Source: Epiperipatus broadwayi | Taxonomy: Eukaryota; Animalia; Onychophora | DNA length: 64,000 nucleotides | Reading direction: 5' to 3' | Assembly: GCA_028023455.1 (NCBI GenBank) | Contig: JAQFVV010000007.1 | Location: forward strand, 14,818,001-14,882,000 | Shown here: one piece after another, positions 12,000-25,600 of the stretch | How the letters are laid out: every line of letters starts with the position of its first letter | How positions within the stretch are numbered: position 1 is the first letter of the stretch | The notes under the pieces: model-generated | The model's database searches: none | Told to the model about the DNA's origin: nothing | The model's input: the letters and a program-made list of their open reading frames with translations, nothing else | Position numbers and translations under genes: made by a program

Positions 12000-13700
12000 A
12001 AGAATGTAACATAAAAACTTAAATTAACTGCTAAAATATATATATACATAGAAAGATTACTATTAATCCAAGTTCTAGCTTCCAGAGCATTATCGGATTA
12101 GTGGGTTTTTTAGGATTTCAACAATAAAACTTTTTTCTACTCGTTCCTAACCCAAACTCTGCTGAAAAGTTAAAAAAACACACACATTAATTTCACTATT
12201 TATATATGTTGTCTGAAATAAATTTTTGTTACAATAATATAACATTTTAAAATACAAAATATGCTTATGTTAACACAGAGTTTTTGTATACTAGTAATTA
12301 AAACAATACATTATAATTTTATACAGATAATAAGAAGTTTTTGAATTAAGGAAGTTCGGGTTGATATTCGTCTAACGATATATAGAGGGCCATGTAGTAT
12401 TTTTTTTCTGGATTTTAAAAGTTCTAAATTGTATAAATAAAGTTTCTGAATATTAATGTATTGATTTATTTGTGTTAATAGTATGTCAGAAAGTTGTGGC
12501 AAACCTTCTGTATCGCGTAATAGCATTTTATTATTGAGAAAAGTTTACTTACAGACTAATTAACCTGTTTGCCTAATTATAAATAAACTAATAATCGAAT
12601 TTAAAGCAGTTTAAAGGTCCAATAGACTGTTTTTTAAAAAAATAACGCGAATAAATTTTACAGTTAAAGTCCTAAGTATTATTAAAAAAATTGAATATTA
12701 ATAATATATTTATTATTATAGCTTTAACTCATAGGTTTATAAATAACAGCCTTTTTTTAAAATAAAAAAAAACACTTTTTATTGCTTATTTTACAGAAAG
12801 CACTTAATAAAACTTTAATAATAAATACAGCACTTCTTTTTTTTTTTAAAGATATTAGCTAAGAAAAATAACCAAGTTAAAAGAAAACAAAGATATCCTA
12901 TTTTAAAAAGAAACCATCAGCTTGAACCTCTCTTTAAAGTGTAACATTACATTGATAAGGAACCTTAGTTTATACAAACCACCCATTCTTGTCATTCTGA
13001 TGGTCGACTCTTTTTCCAGACAATGACTGATAGCGTTTATATGATTAGAAGTTTATTTTTTTTTCTTTAAAAAAGAAAAAAAAGATAAGCTATATATGTG
13101 TAAACTTGTCATAATAAAAATGTACTTAATTTATGAGACGTGAATTTAAATTAATTTTAAACAGCGTTTTATATATATACAAAAGCAAAATTCATGCAGT
13201 TGTTGAAATTATATTAACTTCTAAATTAATGGTGCTGTGGTGTTTATAATTAGGCTTATTACCAATATTCTATTATCTTCATCAAAATAAATTTTCTAGT
13301 CAACGATGTCTATCAAAAAGTAAAAGAAATGTACAGCTGTCGTGGAAAACTTCATACGATGGGCAAATCGTTCGATAAAAATCATATCCTGATGAGCAAA
13401 AAGTACTCTTCAATTCCGGACTAAAAAAAAAAATAGCCATTCAAAATAGAATTTCTGTGAATTGTGTTGTCTTTATATAAACATAAAACAAACAAAAAAC
13501 AAAAAATCGTTTTCAACATTTAAATTTAATCTTGCTGGACATTTTTCCATTTTGTTCCCAGGGATTTGAATCAGAATCTTATTGAGTCAGAGCTTAGTAT
13601 AGACTCCGGCGCTGATATTTTATGAAACTAGTTTGTTTAAGATTTACATAAATAAATAAGTTTTTTTTTTTTTTTAAATTATAGTTAATAAATTTTTAAG
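12000..13700. promoter_or_regulatory. CpG-retaining, promoter-like patch
   Basis: Many CG dinucleotides against a CpG-poor background. Minus-strand GTAAGT donors at 12552 and 11986, and a T-tract AG acceptor at 13421. Confidence 0.4.
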
Positions 13701-15464
13701 TTTATGACATCTATTTTTAATGTCTTCAACAAAGGATTTTTCTCTTTATCATACCGCATTCAAAGTTAAATGATAATTAATAAGTAATAAAATGTGTTTT
13801 ATTCATCTGAAGTTTACGAGAAGTTCAAACAAATCTGGGTATGATCTGAGATCAAGCTGTAGGGTGAATATATCTCTATCTTTTAGAGTAATTGTAGGAT
13901 CAGTTGTTTGGGAGATCATGTGATTTTCAAATATCCACATGGTAGGGTGAGCACAAATATTTCATTTTGTGATAGTCAGTTCTCTTTTTTTTTACTTTCT
14001 TCAGCTGGGAATTAAATTGGAAACCTTTAGTTTTATGAGATTATGATTCTTCCACCAAGCTACTCACACAGAACCAATCCTGAACAGTGATCTTAATTTC
14101 CTTTTATTTCAAAAGCATTAACTGTATGGATATGTTAATAAAAAGATGTCCTATGTTGTTTAGTGCAGTGATAATGATTCAAGCTCTGAATGAAAGATCA
14201 TTGGATCAATCCCAAAGCTGGATATTTTCATGTTCAAATGTCTTGGGAAGTTGGGCAATAAAACTATTTGATTATCTTGCCCTATGTGGTTTGGTGCAGT
14301 GATCATATCCTCAATCATAAGATTATCAGGTTATTTCCTGGCATTTCATTCAAACTTCTAATGAACTACTGAGTGATAAAGTCATTCGATCATTTGTTAT
14401 AATATAAACTTCATAAAAATATTACAAACATAGTAATTTATGTCATTAACAGTACCTGAGTTCCTCATACTCTAATAGAATGCATTAAGTGCATAGTTTG
14501 AGAATTGTCTAAGGTACTTTAAAATTATAGCTACAATATCTCTGAGAATTGTCAAATGAATTAATTTTATACTTTTAATAATACCATACACATAGATGTA
14601 TCTAAAGAAGAACTATTAATGGAGCTGAGTTTATTATTGAATAATATTAATAAAGCTTATAATTGTATAAAGAAATTTAGAAATAGGCATAATGACATTC
14701 ATATTCAGATCATTTTGTAGTTCATATTTTAGGTCACAAATACACTTAGGATACTATTATAGATTGACTTACTATAGTCAACCAAAAAAATTATCTATTA
14801 GTCATTGGCAAATGGGTAGACTTTTTTAACTAGAGACTATTGGTTCTATTCTAAACTGTGATTGTTAGACATACATAAAAGTAGTGATTGTAAAAACAAG
14901 AATAGTCTGTAAGGTGATGTGACTTTAATACTAGTGTGGTAAGGGCAGGGGTGCTCTTAGAGAATCATGCTTGCTTACTCCATCTATGAGATGGCTATTT
15001 AAAAAATAAATTTTAACATTAGTGGTAACCAAAAAAAACTTTCAAACTTTGCCCAGCTAGAACCTTTGTGAGGCAAATACATTACCCATAATTTTATATG
15101 ATTTTAATAAAAGGATATCAACAAATAAATATTATATGAACAAAAATTATTAGTTACCCATGGTAGTGAGACCTTTCACTTATAAATCCATTACTCAATC
15201 ACCATATATCATGTGACACTCTGAATAACAAACCATTATTCCCTGTACAGTTTAGTGCAATGGTAAATGATAGACACAGGAGTTGACAGTGCCTAGATAT
15301 TGAATATCATGTGACCTCCCAAGCACCCCAAACCATCTGATTATTTTTAACAATGTGATTTTAAAATAAATTTGTTAATAACTGACAAATAGTTTTGAAC
15401 TATCACCATTTAAAATCAAGCAGCATTAATTATAGTAGCAATTATATTTTATCTACTACAGGTT

Positions 15465-15625
15465 TGCCACCTTGTATAAGCTTGCATAATCAATAAAATC
15501 CAGATGGCAGTGCCTCCTACTCTGTCTTATATGATCTATATCTGCAACTATTTTGGAATTTCATTAACAGGAGCACTGCCATCAACCATCTAGTGATTAC
15601 TCAAGCTTGTCCTAAGTGGTATAGT
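15465..15625. repeat. Imperfect inverted repeat
   Basis: aagcttgcataatca...gatggcagtgcctcct pairs with aggagcactgccatc...tgattactcaagctt. Confidence 0.7.
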
Positions 15626-16329
15626 TGGACAAGATAAAAATTGATTTATCAATTAATTAAAAGTTGGACTCATGTTGTGTTTTAGTGGCTTTATTATTTA
15701 TTTTTTCGACATGCTAATTATTGTCTGGTTATTTCCACTTATTTAAAAATAAGAAGTTGATTTACATAAGTATATATAAGAAAATTCTTCAATTTTTACA
15801 TCATTTAAATATAATAGTTTCATGTTTTTTTGATATGTTGTTTTATACAGTATATTTATTTAATATTTTCTCTCCACTGATTAGAGATAAGTGTTAACCT
15901 GCTTTTTTAAAAAAATAATAATAATAATTGCTTATTTTAAAATATTTAAAAAATTATAAATACAATTTATTGCTTTATAAATAATTTTATTATCATATAA
16001 AATGCAGCATTTGTTTATAAGAGTGTTCATAATGTGATAACTATTATAAAAATGTCTGCAACCATAAATCCCATGTGTTAGTAATTAATTTTAATTGTAT
16101 AAATAGATAAAAAATATTTTAAAGTTGTAACTAAGTTTTTATTTTTGTTTTAATATCACAATACAGATTTATTTATTTTTTTTTGCAATTATTTATTTTT
16201 ATATATACAGTATGCTGAATTTTATCATAACTGTAAACTGACTGGATTTTTCATTTCTAAAGAGTTTCGTTTGATATAAAGTTAATGAATTAGTTTAGAA
16301 TTCTGGGTACAAAAAACAAAAACATAACT

Positions 16330-16914
16330 TAATACATTGCACAGGCTTAAACCTGCATTTATATATGTAATATAGGTGGGATTCGAACTCAAACTTTTAC
16401 ACGACCCACTACTCTCAGTGCCATCTCATATTGCTGATCCACCTAATCACACACATGTTGAAAAGATAAATAATCACCAATATACGTATTTCATGCTAAA
16501 CCAGCAATCATCAGTTGGTCTAGATTATTATCCTCACACATATATATATAATCAGTGCTCAGCTTTATATTAAGATAGCCAATCTTCATACTTTAATGGA
16601 CAGGCTTCAAACTATTCCAACTCACCACTCTTCAGCCTTCCATTTCATTAAAAATCTGATGATGGAATGTTCAAAGCCCTTGTTAGTGCCAAGGTTGTCA
16701 CCCTACCCATGTTGACATATTAGTCATTCTGACCCCTCTAGTACAGGAGAATAATCCATTTATACATACATATGTGAGGGATGGGCAGACCTTTTATATA
16801 CTATTTATATAAATTAATACATTGCACAGGCTTAAACCTGCATTTATATATGTAATATAGGCAGGATTCGAACTCAGATTTTTACACAACCCACTACTCT
16901 CAGTGCCATCTCAT
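16330..16914 (-). mobile_element. Family C retrozyme-like element: 485 bp unit plus 100 bp terminal direct repeat containing a Pol III B box
   Basis: 16330-16429 and 16815-16914 are near-identical. GAGTTCGAATCC on the minus strand at 16390-16379 and 16875-16864. A hammerhead lies between them. Confidence 0.9.
16476..16519 (-). ncRNA. Type I hammerhead ribozyme (family C), conserved core intact
   Basis: accaa CUGAUGA u-ugcu-gguuu-agca-u GAA AUACGUAU A / uuggu. Stem I has 5 bp and stem II 4 bp plus a U-U at 10.1/11.1. Stem III is palindromic. Predicted cleavage after AUA, between 16481 and 16480. Confidence 0.8.
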
Positions 16915-17324
16915 GGTCATATGAAAAACATAACTTAGTAACAGTATTAAGTTTTACAATTTGATCTACAGGAGTCAAAGTTTCTGCATTCTTTTCTTTA
17001 TCATCGGCTACTTAAAAGAATAGGCTAATAATTATTACTAATCGGATAATATCTTAAAGATTAGCATACCACTCTTAGCCCAAATATGAACTTTAAGCCA
17101 TTTATTAAAGATTAATTGTTATGATTTACAAGTTTGGCATTGTTTTTTTTTTATTAAACGTAAGCACATGGTGTCATCTTTTCAACTTCAATTCTTTTTT
17201 TAATCGTGTATTATCTCTTTTCAGATATACTTAAAAATTCATTATTTGATTTCATTATCATCTAGGACCTGTACATCATCTCTAAGAATTTTTTATCTTC
17301 ATTTTAGCTATTATATATTTTACA

Positions 17325-17470
17325 AACCACATGTGAGATGGATGGATGAAATAAAAAAATGTGCAGGGGTGATGTGGAGAAGAGATGCTAGAGATTGAAG
17401 AAGATGGATTAAACTTGGAGAGACCTTCATTCTGCAGTGGATTGACAATAGTTGATAATGATGATGATAT
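17325..17470 (+). mobile_element. RTE-clade LINE 3' end with (GAT)n tail
   Basis: Aligns with 29890-30035 (ccacatgtgagatggatggatgaaata...cttggagagacctt...gatgatgat). Confidence 0.85.
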
Positions 17471-18500
17471 TTTACAAATACTTTCTAATAAAACAAAAGC
17501 AGCCCTTATCTGATGTTTTTATTACATTTTCTAATTTATTTTTGATGTGTTGTTTTATAATGTGTAAAAACCTTTTCTTTTAACAAAGAAATGCTTCTAA
17601 AAAGCCAATGTGAGAGTGTTGGGTGGATAACATAATAAAAATCAGAAAAAATGGGGACAAAGATCAAAATAATATTTTTTATTAAGTGTGCTGAAGAGAA
17701 AATGATCCTGGAATAAATAGAAGTCAGGTATATATGCATCATATGAGAAAAGAGTAGATCATTGAAATATGCATTAGGGTTTAAAGAAGAAATAGACCCC
17801 AAAAAAGATTAGTGTAATCACTATCAACATTTTCAAATATTGTTAATCCTCAAGGTATTTTTAAATTTAAGATAGTTTCTTTATTCTTTAACTTTTATAC
17901 ATTATCCAGAAACTTCCTTATCATACTCATATATCTCACACATGGTCACCTTCTAAGTCTTTATAATTTTTTTTAGGATTTTAAACTTTAATTGTTGATC
18001 TATTATTGTTCTTTTCAAACAACTTATCCAATCCAGATCCATTTTAGGCTTTCAATTTATTTAATGATCTTAGTAATACTTCTCTTCATATTTTATTTTG
18101 GAGTTTAAAATCCCTGTATTATTCTTCTATTAAGCATCCAAGATTCAGGTTCAATTGCATTTATTTAAATTTTTTCATTGCAATCATATATATGTATTTA
18201 TTTTTATTATTAAGTTATTTAGGTTAAGAGCACTCCATGTGAGTTTAATTCTATGTTTCCATCTGTATTAAAACTCTGATAAACTATTTACAATTATTAT
18301 CTTCTTTTAATTAGTAATCACTAATCTTTATTGTCTTTTTACATTGAACAATCACTCAACATTATATTTCATTTTTTGTGGCAATTGCTTTTAGCTCTGC
18401 TTTTATACTTTTTTCTTATAACTATGGCAACATTTTTTGAAGTTCTAAAATATGAATTGCAAAAATAACAACATCAGCTTCAAATCTAGATGATTTAAAT

Positions 18501-18790
18501 CATCATCATCATCAACCATTATTAATCCACTTCAGGATGAAGGTCTCTTCAAGTTCAGTCCATTTTTTCCAATCTTTAACTTCACTTCTCCACATCACAC
18601 CAAACAGGTGTTACTGACTTCATTAAAATAATTAAAATACTGAAGTGAAGTTGGGCTGGATATATTGCTAAAACAGATGATAATAGATGGACCATTGAAA
18701 TGTTAAACTAGGTTCCAAGAGATTGTAAAAGACCCAGTAAGAGACCACATGTGAGATGGATGGATGAAATAAGAAAGCATGCAGGGGGTA
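18501..18790 (-). mobile_element. RTE LINE insertion with inverted 5' part, flanked by ATTTAAAT
   Basis: 18501-~18605 is the minus-strand 3' end with (GAT)n tail. ~18610-18790 is the adjacent upstream segment in plus orientation. ATTTAAAT occurs at 18493-18500 and 18791-18798. Confidence 0.85.
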
Positions 18791-19499
18791 ATTTAAATAC
18801 ACACTATGTATTTATTTATTGCTGTTTATTAATATTCACAAAAAAATCTCTCATAAAATTGCTGTGAAAAGTTTTCGTGATGTAGAAGATGCAAGTAATA
18901 AGTATTTTATCATAAAATCACAAAATTTTGAATTACTAAAAGAGTTATAAATAATAAATATTTTTTAAAAAATTTAAAAACCTATTTATTCAGATAAATG
19001 CAAAAAGGTAAAGAATAATTTTACTTCAGATTTCCCAGTATTTCTGATATTATGTTACCAAAAATAAAACTGTGGATCAGAATATGAGCACCCTATGTTT
19101 GGTCACATATTATCGAAAATATTACGAAAGCTAAATGTAAACAAAAGAATTTATTTAAAAATTTTTCTATTTGTTAGATTTATGTATATAACACAGAATT
19201 ATGGAAGCTAAAAATTATAAGTTTAATTTACTTTTGATTGGACAATTATTGCAAAAATTTCAGTGAAGTCCAGACAATAATTATAACTTAAATCACATGT
19301 GCGGTATTAGGAAAATTAAGTTAAGATGTGAAATATCAAATAATTTAAATGGAATTTAATTTATTTTTTGTTGAATCATTCAGTTTTAATTTACAAGGAT
19401 GCCATTAGACAATGCTACAATTATTAGTATTACATATAAAATTAGAAATTATTTTCTTTGTTAAAATTGTTGGCAAATTGAGAAAGAGCATAATCAAAG

Positions 19500-20330
19500 A
19501 AAAGATCAGAAATCAATTAAAATAATTTTAAAAATATGGCAAAATCTTCTAAAAAAAATAGATACCATTCAAAAAAGAGCAAAAGAAAGTAATCAACAAA
19601 AATAAAACAATTTAAAAAGCAGGGAAAGGAGAAGAAAGGCTGTTAAGAAAAATATGAGTGCAGTCAGAAAAGATAAGAAATATTACTAAGAAAAATAAAA
19701 CTATCAATTAGAAAAGTCAAATGCTGATAAGAAAAGTAGATGAAAATAATCAGCACTGATAAGAAATGCTGCTAAAAATAAGAAGTAATTAATCAACAAA
19801 GAGAATGAAGAATGTGTCAGAAAATAATAGAAGGCAATAAACAAAGAGAATAAGACAAATTTTAATTAGATCAGAAATTGAAAAGTTAAGTGGCAATTGA
19901 ATTTATAAATTTCACAAAACAGGAATATATATGAAAACAGATAAGTTCAATAAAAGCAAATAATTATATATCAGATAGATTTGTGATATTAGTTATTCAA
20001 CTTACTACAAGATACCATATGAAATTAAATAAGATGTATTCCCTAACAAGTTTTTATTTTGATTAATGAACAGTGACCAAAAACATTTTCAAATTATCAG
20101 TATAAGATTTAAGTGAGGGGAACTGAGAAACACTTTTAAGATAATGGTAAATTTTGATGTGGAAACTATTAATGTTAAATGACATAAGATTTGCTGGATT
20201 TGCAGACAAATAATTATGTAATAAATTTCTTCTTTCTGAAAAAAAAACATAGAAAAAATGGATATGAAAGTGTTCAAATGAAGCACTGTCCGATATTTTG
20301 ACTAACAGAAAATATGGACATCAGAACTGT
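19500..20330 (+). mobile_element. Heavily decayed LINE remnant
   Basis: Purine-rich strand with LMLNDIRFAGFAD near 20170-20210, resembling the RT xRFADD motif. Many stops. Confidence 0.4.
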
Positions 20331-20522
20331 AATGTGCTGAATAGATTCAATATAAAAAATAATCATTGGCTATTGAGGAGTTAATTTAGACACATTATAG
20401 ACTACTTAATTTACTTTACCAACTTTTTAGTAAATGTAAATATTTTGATGATGAATGAATCTGATATACTTCATTAAATATAACTTTTTAATAGCATGAA
20501 TATAGTTAAAATTAATATGAAT

Positions 20523-20794
20523 TACTGAAAAACCCCAGAAAGTTATATGTGAACTAACCATCAATAAATACAAAATGTAGAATGAGCCCACCTACACTTT
20601 AACCTTGGTCCTATATAATCATAATATTTACTCATGTATTTATACACAAAATATGATTTATATATACTATCATGATTTCATAACAATTATAAATACATCA
20701 GTAAATTTTATGCTTATATACAATCATAGTTAAAGTGTACATTTTGTGATTGCAAATGATTAATTTACATATAGTTCACTAGGGTTTTTCAGTA
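20523..20794. mobile_element. Palindromic MITE (family H)
   Basis: Terminal inverted repeats tactgaaaaaccc / gggtttttcagta. The interior is loosely symmetric. Related copies at 20930-21075 and 46086-46684. Confidence 0.7.
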
Positions 20795-20929
20795 CTTTTT
20801 ATTAATTTAGTCTATAATCATGATATTAAAAATGTTATATTTGCATCTATTCCACCCATTAACTGAAGATTGCTTCAATGCTTAGAGGCTCAGTCTTTCT
20901 TTCTAATTAGTTATAGTGTCTTGAAATTA

Positions 20930-21075
20930 CTTCAGTATATATAAATCATACTCTGTGTATAAGTATGTCAGTAAATGTTACACTTATGTACAATCAATAC
21001 TAAAACATAGATGGGTTCATTTAAAATGATGGTTTGTTCCATATAACTAGCTTTCTCAAGGTTTTCAGTACTTCC
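20930..21075. mobile_element. MITE family H, right half
   Basis: agtatatataaatcatactct...ggttttcagtacttcc matches the right arms of the other two copies. Confidence 0.65.
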
Positions 21076-21291
21076 TATTTTAAAACATATGTAAGTATTT
21101 ATATACATAAAAATGTACAAGTATGTGCTTACAATATGGATAACCTCACCATGGTAATATAATAATCTAAAGATAGAAAGATCAAATCTATTATGAAAAA
21201 GATTACTAATAGTTGATAACCATTACCATTCATTGCAAATGTTTTCAAATAATTAACAAATTTTGAAAATGGCTCAGACATGAATGGGATC

Positions 21292-21428
21292 AATGAAAAC
21301 TGCATTTCCTCTAAAAACCAATCTAAAGATAGAAGCAATAAAACTGGTATTTCATTTTAATGAAAACTGCATTTCCTCAAAAAACCAATCTAAAGATAGA
21401 AGCAATAAAACTGGTATTTCATTTTAAT
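21292..21428. repeat. Near-perfect tandem duplication, 67 bp period
   Basis: aatgaaaactgcatttcctc...ctggtatttcatttt starts at 21292 and again at 21359, with one mismatch. Confidence 0.95.
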
Positions 21429-24299
21429 TTCTTACTGAAATCTAATAATGTTGGAGAAGAGAAAAAATAAAACAATTTTGTAAAGATCTATTTAGAAGAA
21501 TTCATATCTGGAATTTGTAAAATGATATGGAGAAAAATATAAATATAAGTGTGAAAAATCTAAGTGCAATATTTCAGCAATATTATTATTAAAATTAAAA
21601 AAGATGTTATTTCTAATCTTCATGCATAATACCTTTTTACTATAGTTGTGAGACTACATTTTAAAATTGGATAAATTGTTTTGCAGTGTACATTTATTTT
21701 CATGAATAATTTCCATGTTAGTTACCTTAGGGCACTATGACACTCTACACAAATATAACAATAATTTGGCTTATATTAATACTTACATTAGTAGTAGCTC
21801 TTATTGTTGAATGGATGTAAGCAGAGCTCCAAGACAGCTGACATGAAGTTATTCCTTAAATACATATATTCTGCAGAGTGATTTTGTCTATTTTAATGTA
21901 ATGTAACAATCATTAAAAAAATATTAAGCATGATGATTGGAGCTGTCATCTCTTTATATTTATTTATATCAACTTGATTGTTAACCTATTTAGTATATAC
22001 AGGTGGTCATCTACTTTCTTACAATTCGTTATTTCATACAAAAGGCAATAGAAAAAGACAAAATCTGTTACAGAATTTTTTATCAAGAAAAGACAAAGAA
22101 GAGTACAATTTAACTATCTCTTGATACATTTATAAAGAGAACACCAGATACTAATCAAAATATTATTTATATAGTATATTTGAGTTTTTGTTCTTATCTG
22201 TGCGTCTATTAGATTGCAATTATCAGTCAGCACCTACTTATTTATATAGAATAATGATTTACAATTCTATACAATACTAAGTTGTCACTTTTTAATTTTA
22301 TTTTTAAATTCGTAATAAATTTATTTTTATTAATTTGATGTGTTTTTTGATTACTTTTATTCTTAGAGAATCTTCCTCATAAATCACATAAAAATTTAAC
22401 AGGGTTTTGATTCATCTACCATCTGTGATCACAGCAATTAATTTCTCATATAGTAAATACTACTTCACAAAACATAAAATTTTAAATGTAATTATGAATA
22501 GGAGAAAAATCCTATGCAAATTTAAAAATATTTTAGAATTAACAAGTCGTTTTTTATATACAATTATAATAAGACTAATAAACCCAATGAAAAGAGTATT
22601 GAATTTTCAACTTTCTGAACAATAAGCAAAGCAATTTACTTATAAATTTTTTAATGAACTCAATAAGTATATATTTTTATACATTTTTAATAATTTAATA
22701 AGAATTAATCTTTTACCTTATTCATATTTTGGACTAATTTCTTTTGCATAAACTGTGGTATATTTTAATATATATATATATGGGGGGGGGTGTTCTGCAT
22801 TTGTATAGCTTTTAAACTTTTAAATAATTTATTTCTATCACTCTAATTAGTTCATTAACAATGTAATAAAATTTAAGATAAAAGTGGCAACTGTATGTAT
22901 GTGCTAATATCTTTTATTAAAAGGTAAATAATTTATAACAACTTTACCTTGCTCTATTTTCGTAAAGTTCAACTTTCATACACATTTTCAGAAACCAATT
23001 ACTTATGAATGTTGAGGACCACATGTATTTCAATGGTGAGTATCCTGGTTAAGATTTTAATAATATGATTCTCTGATTCAGCATTGACAACTATTTGGGA
23101 TGAGTTAAGTTTGTGTTTTGATTCAAAATCAATTGCCATTACAGTATTAATATAAATAATAAGGTTGTTATATTTGCATGAATTAAGTGCTCCAAAGCAT
23201 CTAATGTAGAAATTTTTTTCATGAGATGCATATATCCTATAGAGTAATTGGACACTTTTCTTTCATGCAGGATGGCAACCATAATAAAAATATATTATGC
23301 ACAATGACTGGAACTGGCATCTCCAAATTTATTTACATCTAATTTAAAATGTGTAAATCTATTTATTATTAAAAACAAAAATTATATCATGAAAAATTGA
23401 AAAGTAATACTCATCAATATTTCACATAGCTTTTTTATATAAGGTAACATCCAACACCCTATAACCATTTTTGTGCCAAAAAATATACAAAAAGTGTAAT
23501 AATAAAAACAGATTAATTGTAAGATCAGTTAGAGTGTTAGGAATTTTAAAGAAATAATTGGACATGCAAAGTACTTATGTAGTATACTGAGAGCATCCAC
23601 AAAGTTATAGGAAGCACTATGTGCATGACATCAATTTTTCATGGGTTTGTAGATTACATAAAAAAATTTTTATATCTATAAGCACTTTTTGCTGTGATTA
23701 ATATTTTGAAACCTCCACATAGACTCAAATTATTATTATATTCTAAATATTTCCAAAAATGCAATATCATAAATTCATATAGTAATGTTAAAAAAATAAC
23801 ATTGGTAAGAATGCTGTTCAGAAGTAGTGGCTCAATTCCTTTATCCTAATCTAGAGTCTTCTATTATGAACACTAGATAGCAGGCACAGTATTTAAAAAT
23901 GAGGAAGAGAATTTAGATATACAGACCATAAAGTGGACAAAAATGACATTGTGGAAATGTGATAAAGCAGGAGAGAGAAGAATATGAGAAAAACATAGCA
24001 TTGGGAATGAAAAGGGAGAGTAAGGTGGCTAACAAGCTTCTCCTGGCATAGTGGCAGAGAGATTTCTGACTTGAATAAAAGAGTAATCACATCGCATCAC
24101 ATCACATCAACATTGCATCTTTTCAAAACATTTTGTGACAGTGTTTCTGGAAATTAATTTTATTTTTTAGGCTTGAAAAATAAATGGAGTACCAGTAAAT
24201 ATTAGAAGTTGTTCATTTTTTTTATATTTTTAATGCATTGCTTCTATTAAATGTTTAGACCTCCTACTCATTGTTATAATATACTTTTTGCAATTCTTT

Positions 24300-25600
24300 A
24301 TTTATTATATGATAGCTTCCATTTACTAAAAAATCATCTCCAGATATTTGAAACATTTACATCTAACATTATCAAATAATATATTTCAAATATATGAAGA
24401 AGACAGTCAAAACTATCATGTATTAAATAAAGCACTAAAAAAATTGCCTTATAAAATGTATGGGATTTTTGTAAAGAATTATTTGTTGGAAGATAGCTCA
24501 ATCATCTAGATTTTAGAGATAATAAAGTAATGTTTCAAATTTTATAAAAGCCTCTATAAAGAACATCTCAAAATATTGGAGTTATGTAGAGCAGTTTTAA
24601 CAAGAAAATTTAAAAGTGAAATATATAGTCAAGAAAACAAACAGGTATCACCACCATAATTGGCAAAAATAGAAAACTAAAATGAATCTGAGATGAAATT
24701 ATTTTTAGAAAATGTAAAATATACATAGTTGAATTCCTAAACTGAATCTCAAAAGATTCTAAACTGGTTAAGAAAAAGCCATACTAAAGATTAATAAGAA
24801 AAATAAGAAAATTTGAGCAATGCAGAGAAGAAATATTATCACATAAAAAAGTGGATTCAACTCAGAAAGATATTTATTATGCTTCAGAATGATAATGATT
24901 GATAATTAAACTGAATGAAAAACTTTAATACATAGTTTAAATTAAAGAATGAAGATCTAGATAAAAGATGAATGAAATAAGAATTTCCTATAATAGATGC
25001 TATTATTTTGTTATATTTCAAAAAGTCAGAAAAATAACTGGAAAGAATTTAGATCTGTGTTTATTGACTTTCAGATGACCTTGACTTAGGAAGAATTTGA
25101 TTTATAGTGTACATAATAAACTCATTAATCTTCTATGAATTGTCTGTGCTAATTCAAAAATTCACATGAGAATATGCAAAAATGTGTTTGCCAATTCAAA
25201 ATTTAGAAAAAAAGCTAGATAAAAAAATTCAATTTCTCCAGAACACTTATTACACATTAGAAAAGAGATCAAATAAAAACACAAAACAAAAGAGCATTTA
25301 TTAATAGAATGAGTATAAATAACTTGAGATATGAAAGTTCTGCAATAATTATCATTGCAGAATATGAAGAAATACCAGAATCCACTGTAGAGATGTAAAT
25401 AAGAAATCAGGAAGATGTGGTTTATCCATATCACTTGCTAAAACAAAGACAATGGAGTTTGAAGATAAAAAAAGTAAAATCAAAATTGATGAAATTGTTA
25501 TACATAATGTGAAAAGTTATCTCTTTAGCTAATTTAATAGCAAAAATATATACAATTCAAAATTTTCAAAACAAAAACAAACCATAAACATATTATTGCA
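24300..25600 (+). mobile_element. Decayed LINE (RTE-like) reverse transcriptase remnant
   Basis: Fragments FIDFQMTL (~25060), IIIIAEYEEIPE (~25350) and KSGRCGLSISLAKTKTM (~25405-25460) resemble RT motifs in the expected order. Confidence 0.6.

Noticed and set aside
21995-23300. Possible Tc1/mariner remnant (tacaggtggtc start, FMQDG-like text near 23260)
   Set aside because: Motifs are too fragmentary and no matching second terminus was found.
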